Assembly (NCBI GenBank): GCA_963735035.1
Contig: CAVTJJ010000004.1
Coordinates: 192,001-256,000 of the forward strand
DNA from: an uncultured candidate division Zixibacteria bacterium
GTDB taxonomy: Bacteria > Zixibacteria > MSB-5A5 > GN15 > FEB-12
Reading direction: 5' to 3'
Length of the DNA: 64,000 bases
Below the pieces are notes generated by a model. That model ran no database searches, was not told the DNA's origin, and saw nothing but the letters and a program-made list of their open reading frames with translations. Each line of letters opens with the position of its first letter. Position 1 is the first letter of the stretch. Of this stretch, positions 42,329 through 51,967 are shown piece after piece. Made by a program: the position numbers and the translations under genes.

Positions 42329-42826
42329 ATGAAGAAGATCATTGTTCTGACCCTGGCGATGGCGCTGATAGCCTCAGTCAGTGGTCAATCCCAGACTCCC
42401 GCCCCCAAAGCCGACAGCGCCGCAGCCAAGCCGAAGACCGAGAAAGCAGAGAAAGCGGTCGAACCGGAGATGCTTTCCAAAGCTTCCGGAGTGCGCTACC
42501 AGGAACTGGTAGTAGGTAAAGGCGTCGAAGCCGCTCTTGGGTCGCAGGTGCAGTGTCATTACACGCTCTGGCTGGGCGACAGCACCGGTCTGAAGAAGGG
42601 CCAGATGCTTCAAAGTTCCAAGACTAACAACCAGCCCATGACCTGCACGCTGGGTCAGGGTCTGATCAACGGCTGGTCCGATGGTATGGTCGGCATGAAA
42701 GAAGGCGGTACCCGTCGCCTTTATATTCCGTGGGCCCAAGGCTACGGCGCGCAGGGTCGCCCACCGATGATCCCCGGCAAGAGCAACCTGATCTTTGAGA
42801 TAGAGTACTTAAAGGCCGTGAAATAA
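42329..42826 (+). CDS. Secreted FKBP-type peptidyl-prolyl isomerase
   Basis: HYT, GQGLINGWSDG, GMKEGGTRRLYIP, GYG, IPGKSNLIFEIE. Confidence 0.92.
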   Translation: MKKIIVLTLAMALIASVSGQSQTPAPKADSAAAKPKTEKAEKAVEPEMLSKASGVRYQELVVGKGVEAALGSQVQCHYTLWLGDSTGLKKGQMLQSSKTNNQPMTCTLGQGLINGWSDGMVGMKEGGTRRLYIPWAQGYGAQGRPPMIPGKSNLIFEIEYLKAVK

Positions 42827-42835
42827 GGAGCCGCG

Positions 42836-43285
42836 ATGAAGAGAACGGTCGCAGGTATGTTGGCGATCGCGCTGATAGCGTTCGTCGGATGCAAAAAGGA
42901 ACAGAAGGGGCCAATGGAACCAGAGATTTTTTCCAAACCGTCAGGTGTGCGTTATCAGGAACTCGTAGTCGGTACCGGCGCCGAGGCCGCGCTCGGGTCA
43001 AAGGTTCAATGTCACTACACGCTCTGGTTGGGTGACAACACCGGCCTCGTGAAGACGGGGGAAATGCTTCAAAGCTCCAAAACCAACAACCAGCCTCTCA
43101 CCTGTACGCTTGGCCAGGGTTTGATCAACGGCTGGTCCGACGGTATGGCCGGCATGAAAGAAGGCGGCACCCGACGTCTCTTTGTCCCCTGGTCGCAGGG
43201 GTACGGTGAGAGGGGTCGTCCGCCCGTGATTCCGGCCAAAGCCAATCTGATTTTCGAAATTGAATATTTGAAGGCCGTGAAATAA
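42836..43285 (+). CDS. FKBP-type PPIase lipoprotein
   Basis: Lipobox FVGC; FKBP domain nearly identical to the upstream paralog. Confidence 0.92.
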   Translation: MKRTVAGMLAIALIAFVGCKKEQKGPMEPEIFSKPSGVRYQELVVGTGAEAALGSKVQCHYTLWLGDNTGLVKTGEMLQSSKTNNQPLTCTLGQGLINGWSDGMAGMKEGGTRRLFVPWSQGYGERGRPPVIPAKANLIFEIEYLKAVK

Positions 43286-43294
43286 GGAGCCTCG

Positions 43295-43960
43295 ATGAAG
43301 AAGACAGTTATAGGGTTATTGCTGATAGCTTCGCTACTGGTGGCCGGTTGCGGTACCAAAGAAGGGGAATCGACCTCTCAAACTAAGACTGACGCGGCCG
43401 CTCAGCCTGCCGGTGGCCAGCCGACTGCGGAGCAACAACGGTATGCGGTCGACCTCAAAATGAACCCGTCGGGGGTTCGCATTGAGGAAATGACGGTGGG
43501 TACCGGCAACGAGATTGTCAAAGGCAGCAACGTGGTCTTTGATTACAACTGCTGGACGGCCGATGGTACCGGACTGGTAAAGCGCCAGGGCGTAGGTACA
43601 TCGGTGGGTCGACCGGGACAAGCTTTCAAGTGCGAGGTGGGTGTTCACCCCCTGCCGGGTCTGAGCGACGGGGTAATGGGAATGAGGGCTGGCGGTAGCC
43701 GGCGTATTTTTGTGCCGGCGTCGCTGGGATTCCCGGCCGGACACCCGATGGCCGGTAATAACCTCATTTACGAGGTCATTGGCATTCAGGAAATTGCTCC
43801 CGAAGAAGTCACCCATTTCCAGGATTCCCTGACCAATCGCCTGGTTTTGATTCGGCATATCCAGGATAGTATTCAGAAAGCCACGCCGGATTCGTTGCGT
43901 GACGAGACGAAATTGGACAGCCTCGGGAATATTATAGAGACGGCCGAGGGCAAACAATAG
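43295..43960 (+). CDS. Divergent FKBP-like lipoprotein
   Basis: Lipobox VAGC; GMRAGGSRRIFVPASLGF, NLIYEV. Confidence 0.8.
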   Translation: MKKTVIGLLLIASLLVAGCGTKEGESTSQTKTDAAAQPAGGQPTAEQQRYAVDLKMNPSGVRIEEMTVGTGNEIVKGSNVVFDYNCWTADGTGLVKRQGVGTSVGRPGQAFKCEVGVHPLPGLSDGVMGMRAGGSRRIFVPASLGFPAGHPMAGNNLIYEVIGIQEIAPEEVTHFQDSLTNRLVLIRHIQDSIQKATPDSLRDETKLDSLGNIIETAEGKQ

Positions 43961-44039
43961 CGAAAATGGGTTGACTTCGGGCCGCCGGTTGATATTTTAC
44001 AGGCCCCTGAAATTTGGCCCGAGTTCGGGATAGATTGAT

Positions 44040-44111
44040 GGGGGTGTAGCTCAGTGGTAGAGCAGTTGCCTTTTAAGCAACGGGCCGATGGTTCAATCCC
44101 ATCCACCCTCA
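44040..44111 (+). tRNA. tRNA-Lys(TTT)
   Basis: GGGGGTG/CACCCTC acceptor, GTTGC-CTTTTAA-GCAAC anticodon arm, GATGG-TTCAATC-CCATC T arm. Confidence 0.93.
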
Positions 44112-44141
44112 GATCTATCGCCAGGGCCCGAAATAGAAAAT

Positions 44142-44214
<73 letters not shown>

Positions 44215-44326
44215 TTTTTTTATTGGTAGCGATCGCGTTAGCGTGGGCCCCATCAGATTTTCAAATCATAGTACGTGGGAGAGACGCCTGGAGGGGTGTG
44301 GTGCTGTTGTGTGAGCAATTGTCGCG

Positions 44327-45130
44327 CTAATTGCTATTCAATCCAAAAGCCCTGCTCCCCAGCTTTTTCTTGGTGAGAATCTCTTGGCTTATTACTTCGA
44401 CTTTCGTAGCGCTCGGTTCGAGGACTCGAAGAATCGAAAACTGAAACTGCTTGTTGCGAGCAGGTCTCTTCATAAGGAGCTCTTCAATGAGCGCATTCCC
44501 GCCTGACGGAGACTTTACGTAGCTTCGCCATCTTGCCCAGATTCCTCCGTTGCCATAAGCACTACCCACATATTGCTTGCCAGAGCGTTGATCCAATAGG
44601 ACGTAAACACCGCTAACTGACGATAGCATCCGTTGCCACTCCCGATTAGAATCTGGGTTTCTAACCATCGTGGCAAGCTGATCATAGGAGAGAACAAAGT
44701 TGTAATAACCGGGGAAGTCCATCACGTAGTTGGGCGGAAGCAGTTCAACGATGTCTTTGTTGCCTTGTCGATGTAGCCATTGGGCCCAAGACCTAGTTCC
44801 TTCACCCCACTGAACAATTAGGCGATGCTGCAAGTCTTCAAAGCCGGGAAGTTCCCTTGTTCTGTAACGGAACCCCTTCTTCTTCTTCTTGCTCTTTGAA
44901 GTAATCTCCCATACCCCTACAAACTTGGCATATCTATTTCGCTCTGCGATGAAACTTATCACGTACCTAGCATCCCCAAATACATCCCACGACTGGCTAT
45001 TTTGATACCGACTGAATCGATTAGTGCTCCGTAGCTCCCATAAATCCTGCTGCGATGTCTTGTGGCGAAGAACTTTCACCCAATGATCATTACGAAAGCG
45101 CTCAAACTGTTGTAGGTCTGTAAGTTTCAT
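44327..45130 (-). CDS. GIY-YIG nuclease family protein
   Basis: SGVYVLLD...KQYVGSA...WARWRSY, late Glu (SQEIL) and terminal GLNSN. Confidence 0.85.
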   Translation of the reverse strand: MKLTDLQQFERFRNDHWVKVLRHKTSQQDLWELRSTNRFSRYQNSQSWDVFGDARYVISFIAERNRYAKFVGVWEITSKSKKKKKGFRYRTRELPGFEDLQHRLIVQWGEGTRSWAQWLHRQGNKDIVELLPPNYVMDFPGYYNFVLSYDQLATMVRNPDSNREWQRMLSSVSGVYVLLDQRSGKQYVGSAYGNGGIWARWRSYVKSPSGGNALIEELLMKRPARNKQFQFSILRVLEPSATKVEVISQEILTKKKLGSRAFGLNSN

Positions 45131-45238
45131 GAGTTCTCGATTTGCTTTTCTTTGTATCCACTATAGACCGCATAGATAATGGTGTCAATCAGTTTGTAGT
45201 TGGTCAGCTTAGATTAGGCGGGTGAGGATAGCTGACAG

Positions 45239-46579
45239 CTAAGATCGCGACGACTTTTCTGGGGCCTTCAGTATCGGTGAAACGTCAGAGAGAACAAGGT
45301 TGAGCCCTTCTTTCATCCGCTTGAAGAGTTCACTCGCCAATTCTCCCTTGTCATCTAGTTTACGAGCAACGTCTATCGGAATTCTGTAATGAATTCCGAT
45401 AGAAGGACAAATGTTGAATTTAGTGTAGCTGGATGTTTCAATCCTGGACCCAATATCGGACTCATTCTTTTCAGTAATATTGACTAGTCCTTCAGCCTCA
45501 AGTTTCCTAATGAGTTCAAGCACTTCTCTGCGATCATGTTGTCTAATCGACGCGGAGTTACTCCGCCAAAAGTCGTAATACTCTTTGATTCGACTTTCGG
45601 GACAGTCCAATCGTAACAACACTCTTTGAGCAAAAGCTATGTGGAAGTTGGGCTGAATTACCCAGTCAGCCACAAGACTTTTCTTGACATGCTCATAACT
45701 TAGATTTCGCTTGTAAAAAGCCTTGGATTGGGATTGAGTGTCGCCGTAATACAGGCTGACAGTGAGATGACCAGAATTCTCCGAGATGTTCTCATCTATT
45801 ACACCGATTGACCAGATTTCGGGTAATCCGAAATTCATGCAAATGCCCCACCCCGTGTGATATCTCACCAAACTCTTAGGGCCGGCTACAAGGGATAGCA
45901 GATTCCTTATTCTCCTCCTAATCAGCGAATCATCATTGCCGCATTGCGACAAGTGGTCGAATGGGTTCAGGTTGGAAAATCGCTCGCTTACAAGTGACAA
46001 GAAGTCATCAATAATCAATCCCTCAGCTCCGCCTACAGACTCCATACTTCGAATCTGATTCAAGGACCTAATGATATTCTTCCATTCCACTACTGAAGGA
46101 ACCTCTATTAGAATTGAATCCTCTGGTAAGCTCTTCACACTTGGGTTTAACTGTTCTCTCCATACATGACCATGATTGGGCTTGTTCTCAATTATGATTG
46201 ATAGCTCGCCGCCGAAATTGATGACTCCATCATAGATGGCACTTCGGTTAGATGGCTTGATCGTGATATCCTCGCCGATCCATTCGTCAGTCAATAGAAC
46301 CGACAAGACAGCACCAACTTGTTCATCGCAAATTGTGGAAGTCTGGGTTTCAAAGTCTACGTCAGAAACCGGGAGGACGCTGGAAGAAGGCAACTTGACT
46401 TGGATGCCTAGTTTATCTGCTCTGTCTAAGCAGGATACCCGAATCGCGTCATAAAATGAGAGAAGCGCGATAGGACTAAACCTCAACAAGACCAAGAAGG
46501 CTCTTGTAAGATGGTCCTCATGTCCCTGGGGCTTAGATTCATACGGTTCAAAGTAGTTCATGTGGGACATGGCTATCAC
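45239..46579 (-). CDS. Hypothetical protein with putative PD-(D/E)xK nuclease N-terminal domain
   Basis: HEDHLTRAF ... IYDGVI ... IIIENKP ... REQL pattern. Confidence 0.6.
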   Translation of the reverse strand: MIAMSHMNYFEPYESKPQGHEDHLTRAFLVLLRFSPIALLSFYDAIRVSCLDRADKLGIQVKLPSSSVLPVSDVDFETQTSTICDEQVGAVLSVLLTDEWIGEDITIKPSNRSAIYDGVINFGGELSIIIENKPNHGHVWREQLNPSVKSLPEDSILIEVPSVVEWKNIIRSLNQIRSMESVGGAEGLIIDDFLSLVSERFSNLNPFDHLSQCGNDDSLIRRRIRNLLSLVAGPKSLVRYHTGWGICMNFGLPEIWSIGVIDENISENSGHLTVSLYYGDTQSQSKAFYKRNLSYEHVKKSLVADWVIQPNFHIAFAQRVLLRLDCPESRIKEYYDFWRSNSASIRQHDRREVLELIRKLEAEGLVNITEKNESDIGSRIETSSYTKFNICPSIGIHYRIPIDVARKLDDKGELASELFKRMKEGLNLVLSDVSPILKAPEKSSRS

Positions 46580-46819
46580 CCTCTCCTTTGCTATCCCTAA
46601 TATGCGCTATCAGGATTCATACACCGAAAAACATAAATCAAAGTATCACCATTTGCAACCTTTACCGCCTAATCACTTATGATCGCCCACTCTTCATAAC
46701 GGGCGGCTCACCCTACGGGTGGGTTTCCCCTGAGTTTCCCAATCAGCGGTTCGCGGGCTTCGTCAGGCTGAGCCTGGGCGCGCCCCTGATGGCATATTTC
46801 CCCCGCGAAATATGAAATC

Positions 46820-46847
46820 TTGACAAAATAGACCCATCCGGTATATT
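46820..46847 (+). promoter_or_regulatory. sigma70-type promoter
   Basis: TTGACA-N16-TATATT. Confidence 0.6.
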
Positions 46848-46952
46848 GTAAAATATACTACCGGCCGAGCACGGCGCTGCCTCCCGGAATCAGACCTATC
46901 TGAACACCATCTCGCAGTGATACGGTCCTCTTCGACCACAGGAGCACATATT

Positions 46953-49394
46953 ATGCGCGTGAGATTCCTGATCGTACTTGTAGCGGTTCTGGCAGGATTG
47001 TGGTCGGTCTCGGTCATAGCCGCAGAAACCGATCAGTCAACCAACCAGGCAGGAGTCGATAACGGCCACGGTACTAGCATGGCTGATTGCTGTGTCGGTC
47101 GAGTAGGCGATGCCAATGGGATCGGCGGCGACGAGCCTACTATCGGTGATATTTCGGCCATGATCGATGCCATATTCATTACCGGAACTTGTGATGGTAT
47201 TCTCAACTGTCTTACAGAAGCGGATCTCAACCAGTCCGGAGGCGCAAACCCAACGTGTAATGATATTACTATAGGTGATATCTCCATTCTGATCGACTAC
47301 GTGTTCATAAGCGGCCAGGAAAATATGGATTTGCTCCCCTGTGGCGGTACGATGTCTCCCGGAGCGCGCATGCAGACGATGGCGGCGGTCAATCAAGTCT
47401 GCGATTCTCTGGCTGGTGACCCGCTGTTCAATTCGAAACTGCTCACCTATCTGCAATCCCGCCCCGAGTTCGAGGATTCCGGCTTGTCGGAATCATCCTC
47501 GAATGTCTGGGCGCGCTTTACGGACGGGGTCCTTCTGATTTTCAGCGGCAACCGGGCGGGTGCTACGACCGGATCGGCGTCTGACCTGACCGATTCCTTC
47601 CCGAGTGTCCAGACCCAGCAATACTCATCCGGGCGCGGCGGGCAACCACAGCCGGGCAATGCGTTAAGTCCCGAAGCTTACCTCACCGGTTTGCCCAAGA
47701 GATCGTCGGTACGCATGCTCAACACGCTGGGGGCCTGGTTCAGACCGATCACCGGCACGCTGGGCAGCTGGCTTTCCAGCCAGGGGTACGTGGTAGGGAA
47801 TAGAGATGAGACAGTTACGGGGTTGCGCAACGTTGGGGGCGACGGAGTATTCTTTTTCAGTACCCACGGTGGCGACGGGCGCGCGCGCGGCTCCAATGGT
47901 GCGGTTGTAGTCTATGGACTCTGGACTTCCACAATCGCCGACAGCACCAATCTTGGCCCGTATCTGCAGGACTTGCTGACCGGTCGACTCTGCCTTCAGG
48001 ACGGGCCAATCGATCTCGACCCCCAGGGCCGTCAAATCTGGCAATTGCATTATGGCATAACGCCGAAATTTGTCAGCTACTACTGGAGGAACTTTGCCGA
48101 GGATGCGATGGTATATATCGACGCCTGCGGGAGTGACGGCGCAGCGGCTCAGGAACTCAAGGCCGCCATCATGGCCAAGAACGCCTCGGTCTATTTCGGC
48201 TGGACTCATGTTGTAGCCTCCGACGCGTCCAATCTGGTAGCCAAGTTCATGTTCGATCGCCTCCTGGGAGCTAACCTTGCACCGCCGCTGGAAGATCCGG
48301 CGCAACGCCCGTTCGACTATGAAGATGTCTATAATGATCTTGCCAACCGGGGTCTCAATGTTCATACAAGCACCGACCCCGGCAGCACCACAACTTTCCA
48401 GTACACGGCCGGTCCGGGGGCGTTCGGTCTGCTCGCGCCAAGTATCCGGGAATTCTTCATAGATGAAGCCAACGACAAGATATATGTGCTCGGCCAGTTT
48501 GGTGATGATCCCGGGCCGGATATGCGGCGAGTTACGGTCAACGGTGAGGAACTTCCGGTCGACACCTGGGATGGCCTCATGATCGTTGCGAACATTCCGA
48601 ACTCAGGCTCCGGCTCGGCCGGGCCGTTGGTTGTCGAGACACGCGTTCCAGTCGACGATGGGGGGCTCGTACCCCTCATCTATCGCAAGAGTAATACGGT
48701 CAATATTTCGGAGTGGAAAGGACAGTTCCGATACACCGAAGTGAATGCCGGAGCACTGCACCTATACATAACCATGAACTTGCATTTGCGAACTGACCTG
48801 CAGCCGTACCGCCGAATGCCACACGAGGCCCCCTTGGATACGGTCCGTTCATTTGATGGCGCCGACGATTCTTACGGCAGTATAGCGGCATCCGGGACTC
48901 TCTCGGAACCGATCAACGAAGCAATGACTCTTATTCAGACGTGGTCTGGTGGCCGCAACCTGCCCGGCACCTGGGACAACTCGGATCCCAATGCGAACTT
49001 CGGTGTCTGGGGGAATGCAAGCGCGATTGGTCATTGGATGAAATTACTGCTGTTCCCCCACGCGCTGGACGGTTACACCTACACATTCACAGTGACCGGA
49101 GACGGGGGTTACACCGACTCCTATACGACAGAAGCGGTAATCTATAGTGGTTTGTACGACCATCCGGAAAGTATGAGTTTCGATCTAGTCTTGGACAGCC
49201 ACTGGAATATCAGCGCTGGAGCGCGGACGCTTACGATTCCTACTAGCAGCTCCATGCTCAATCCATGTTGCACGGATTTCCGAATCGAGTGGGACCAAAT
49301 AACCTGCAGCTTTCCTCCCGATTTGGCGACCCCGCAGGCCCCGCCGAACCAAGATGGCCCTACACCCACGGCAACGGTCTCGAGTAGTAGGTGA
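46953..49394 (+). CDS. Secreted protein: N-terminal dockerin-like domain, putative clan-CD peptidase domain, IPT/Ig-like region
   Basis: AGGAG RBS, signal peptide; CCVGRVGDANG...TIGDI...EADLNQSGG...ITIGDI; FFFSTHGG and VYIDACGS; IYVLGQFG...VTVNG...W...IVANIP. Confidence 0.75.
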   Translation: MRVRFLIVLVAVLAGLWSVSVIAAETDQSTNQAGVDNGHGTSMADCCVGRVGDANGIGGDEPTIGDISAMIDAIFITGTCDGILNCLTEADLNQSGGANPTCNDITIGDISILIDYVFISGQENMDLLPCGGTMSPGARMQTMAAVNQVCDSLAGDPLFNSKLLTYLQSRPEFEDSGLSESSSNVWARFTDGVLLIFSGNRAGATTGSASDLTDSFPSVQTQQYSSGRGGQPQPGNALSPEAYLTGLPKRSSVRMLNTLGAWFRPITGTLGSWLSSQGYVVGNRDETVTGLRNVGGDGVFFFSTHGGDGRARGSNGAVVVYGLWTSTIADSTNLGPYLQDLLTGRLCLQDGPIDLDPQGRQIWQLHYGITPKFVSYYWRNFAEDAMVYIDACGSDGAAAQELKAAIMAKNASVYFGWTHVVASDASNLVAKFMFDRLLGANLAPPLEDPAQRPFDYEDVYNDLANRGLNVHTSTDPGSTTTFQYTAGPGAFGLLAPSIREFFIDEANDKIYVLGQFGDDPGPDMRRVTVNGEELPVDTWDGLMIVANIPNSGSGSAGPLVVETRVPVDDGGLVPLIYRKSNTVNISEWKGQFRYTEVNAGALHLYITMNLHLRTDLQPYRRMPHEAPLDTVRSFDGADDSYGSIAASGTLSEPINEAMTLIQTWSGGRNLPGTWDNSDPNANFGVWGNASAIGHWMKLLLFPHALDGYTYTFTVTGDGGYTDSYTTEAVIYSGLYDHPESMSFDLVLDSHWNISAGARTLTIPTSSSMLNPCCTDFRIEWDQITCSFPPDLATPQAPPNQDGPTPTATVSSSR

Positions 49395-49783
49395 CAACGC
49401 TGGTCGTCTGATTTGCCTGAGGCAATCTCAAATCTTAGTGGGCGGCAGACCTCCTGGTCTGCCCCTGGCACGGGGCACACGGGGACGTGTGCCGCCCACG
49501 GAGAAGAGATCGCCACGGCTCCGATCAAGTCGTTGCCTCGCGATGACGGGCTCGGGTCTATTTCAACACTCCCTCTGTGAGGGTTTCTCTTGATTCGTTT
49601 AATCAGCGGGACCGGGGTTCGACAGGCTGAGCCTTTGCTCGTCCCTGTCGGCGTATTTTTGTTGTCTGAATGTCACTGCTTAACGCAAATTGTAGGTCTG
49701 GAGGCTTGTCCTCCTTACACTCCGCTGTCTGTGACAATGATGTCCGGAGGTAGACTCCTAACACTTCGATAGGTAGGTGAACC

Positions 49784-51007
49784 ATGAAGCAACTCTTCCA
49801 TAGTCTTTTCTCCCAGGCCGAGGGTATGCCTTTCAGCATCACCTACCCCGATAAGACAACCGTCAAGTACGGCGGCGCGGGTGATTCCACATTCAACCTC
49901 ATCTTCAAGACCGAAAAAGCTATGCGCGCCCTAATGGTCAATGTCGACCTCGGTTTCGGCGAAGCCTACATGGTGGGGGACATCGAAATCGAAGGCAAGA
50001 TGACCGACCTCATGACCATGGTTTTGACCTCCAACCTTGTGAGCGCCTTCCGCAAAGTGGTCTATCGCCCAGGTAACATACTCCGTCACCTCCCGGGTCA
50101 GGCGCGTGTCTTCTGGCATTACTTATATCAGCGTCATACGTACCAGAACGACAAGAGGTTCATCTCCGAACCGTATGATCTCGGCAATGATTTCTATGCG
50201 CTCTGGCTGGACAAGGATATGCAGTATACCTGCGGCTATTTCAAGACGCCCCAGGATTCCATTGATCTCGCTCAGGAGCAGAAGCGCGAGCAACTGTGCC
50301 GCAAACTCTCTCTGAAGCCGGGCGAGACGCTTCTGGACATCGGTTGTGGCTGGGGCGGCATGATCATCTATGCTGCCAAGCATTATGGTATCACCGGACT
50401 GGGCGTGACCCTCTCAAAGGAGCAAGCCGAAGAATCGAACAGGCGGATCGAGAAAGCCGGATTGAGTAACAAGATTCACGTCGAGCACGCCGACTATCGC
50501 GACCTCCCCAAGCAGGGTCGAGTGTTCGACAAAGTTATCTCAGTGGGCTGTCTGGAGCACATCGGCAAGGCGAACCACGATCTCTTCTTCTCGATCGCCA
50601 AGCAGTCGCTCAAGCCGGGGGGGACGTTTGTGCTTCACACCATCGGCAAATTGAAACCGGGACCGGGACTTGCTTTCGGCAACAAGCACGTATTTCCGGG
50701 TGTGTACACCGCGACCCTCGCAGAGATTAGCTTGTGTCTTGAAAAGCTCAACATGCGGATCCAGGATGTCGAGAACATGCGGCTGCACTACTCCTACACT
50801 ACCCAGAGGTGGTTGGATGCGTTCGAGGCGCATGTCGATGAAATCCGCGAAATGTACGACGAGCAACTCGTGCGACTGTTTCGCATCTATCTCAGCCACG
50901 GCGTGGCTCTGATGCGGTACGGCAACAACGAACTTTATCAGCTTATCATCACGCCGGGTATCGACAACGAGCGCCCTCTGACGCGTGATTATCTCTACTC
51001 TAAGTAA
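49784..51007 (+). CDS. cfa: Cyclopropane-fatty-acyl-phospholipid synthase family methyltransferase
   Basis: LGFGEAYM, YDLGNDFYALWLD..MQYTCGYF, LDIGCGWG, ENMRLHY. Confidence 0.92.
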   Translation: MKQLFHSLFSQAEGMPFSITYPDKTTVKYGGAGDSTFNLIFKTEKAMRALMVNVDLGFGEAYMVGDIEIEGKMTDLMTMVLTSNLVSAFRKVVYRPGNILRHLPGQARVFWHYLYQRHTYQNDKRFISEPYDLGNDFYALWLDKDMQYTCGYFKTPQDSIDLAQEQKREQLCRKLSLKPGETLLDIGCGWGGMIIYAAKHYGITGLGVTLSKEQAEESNRRIEKAGLSNKIHVEHADYRDLPKQGRVFDKVISVGCLEHIGKANHDLFFSIAKQSLKPGGTFVLHTIGKLKPGPGLAFGNKHVFPGVYTATLAEISLCLEKLNMRIQDVENMRLHYSYTTQRWLDAFEAHVDEIREMYDEQLVRLFRIYLSHGVALMRYGNNELYQLIITPGIDNERPLTRDYLYSK

Positions 51008-51124
51008 TCGACGATTCCCGTGACTACGGCCCTACCGACACAACGGTAGGACGTTATTTGAAAGAGGCAGGTGAAACAAACACCTGCCTCTTCTATAGGA
51101 GAGCTAATGAATATTTGTGGCTCG

Positions 51125-51657
51125 TCATTTCTTCGGTCCCAGCACGGAGCAGCGGTAGAGTTCGGTAGTCGTCGTCAACGTAATCTCAGGATTCACGCCC
51201 GCGGCTGCAGCCAGTACCTGATTGTCCGAATAGAACTGATGCGGGGTGAAGCCGGGATTGAAGCTGATTTCGACTTCCACCCAGAGCGGGTTGAAACCGT
51301 CACCCTGAATGGCATCCAACACCGGGATAAACGGCTGGTTGGCCAGCTGGTCGGGATCCATCTCATAGATGTTGTTAATCGACTTGTTGTGCGCCAGTAG
51401 AGCCGTTTCGGCGTTAGCCGGCAACTCCATGAAGTTGATTGTGAACAAGGTGCTGTCGTAATACGCGGGCATCGCACTCGCCCGGCCGTTCAGCGAGCAT
51501 CGCTCGCGATCTGTGCCGCCAGGGAGGTTTGAGAGAAGTTGGCCGCGTTCGCAGGTCCGGTCAAGCTGGCCGGGCTCTTCGCACACGAGACTGCCAGAAA
51601 CGTCAGCCCAACGATCAGCCCAACACCGATCATCCTTGAAAACGCCTGTCGTCCCAT
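51125..51657 (-). CDS. Hypothetical lipoprotein, frameshift near 51495
   Basis: GGAGA RBS; MGRQAFS...LAVSC lipobox in one frame, joined to PAYYDS...GFNPLW domain in ORF 51125-51586. Confidence 0.6.
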
Positions 51658-51967
51658 AACGATCTCCTTTGAAGAAAGCTTCGGTTACCTATTAATTCCT
51701 TATAACTCCACAAACGTATTTCTTGTTAACCAGAATTGCTTTTGACAGGTTCCCGAGTGGAGCTAAATTCCACGCCCCTGAGACAGGAGCCCGACCTGCC
51801 AACAACTATCGGCGTGACTGCTTTGGGAGAGAGCGGAAGTAGATTGCCGTGTGACCCGGCGGGGACACCGGCGTGTGGAGTTATGTGTCCGGGTTACTAA
51901 CCGCACCCGCTTTGAGCGACGTGGCGGACCCAACGGAGAGGCTATCGTTGATAACCAGAAGAATCCA

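Larger units (their letters stand above)
44215..46799. mobile_element. Small tRNA-integrated genomic islet without integrase
   Basis: AT-rich segment bounded by tRNA-Lys(CTT) and a degenerate duplicate of its 3' half at 46741-46799. Confidence 0.65.

Noticed and set aside
51702..51897. 11-bp inverted match ATAACTCCACA/TGTGGAGTTAT and the GTGACCCGG/CCGGGTTAC hairpin as a MITE or ncRNA
   Set aside because: The matches are too short and single-copy in this window, with no target duplication or promoter/terminator support.
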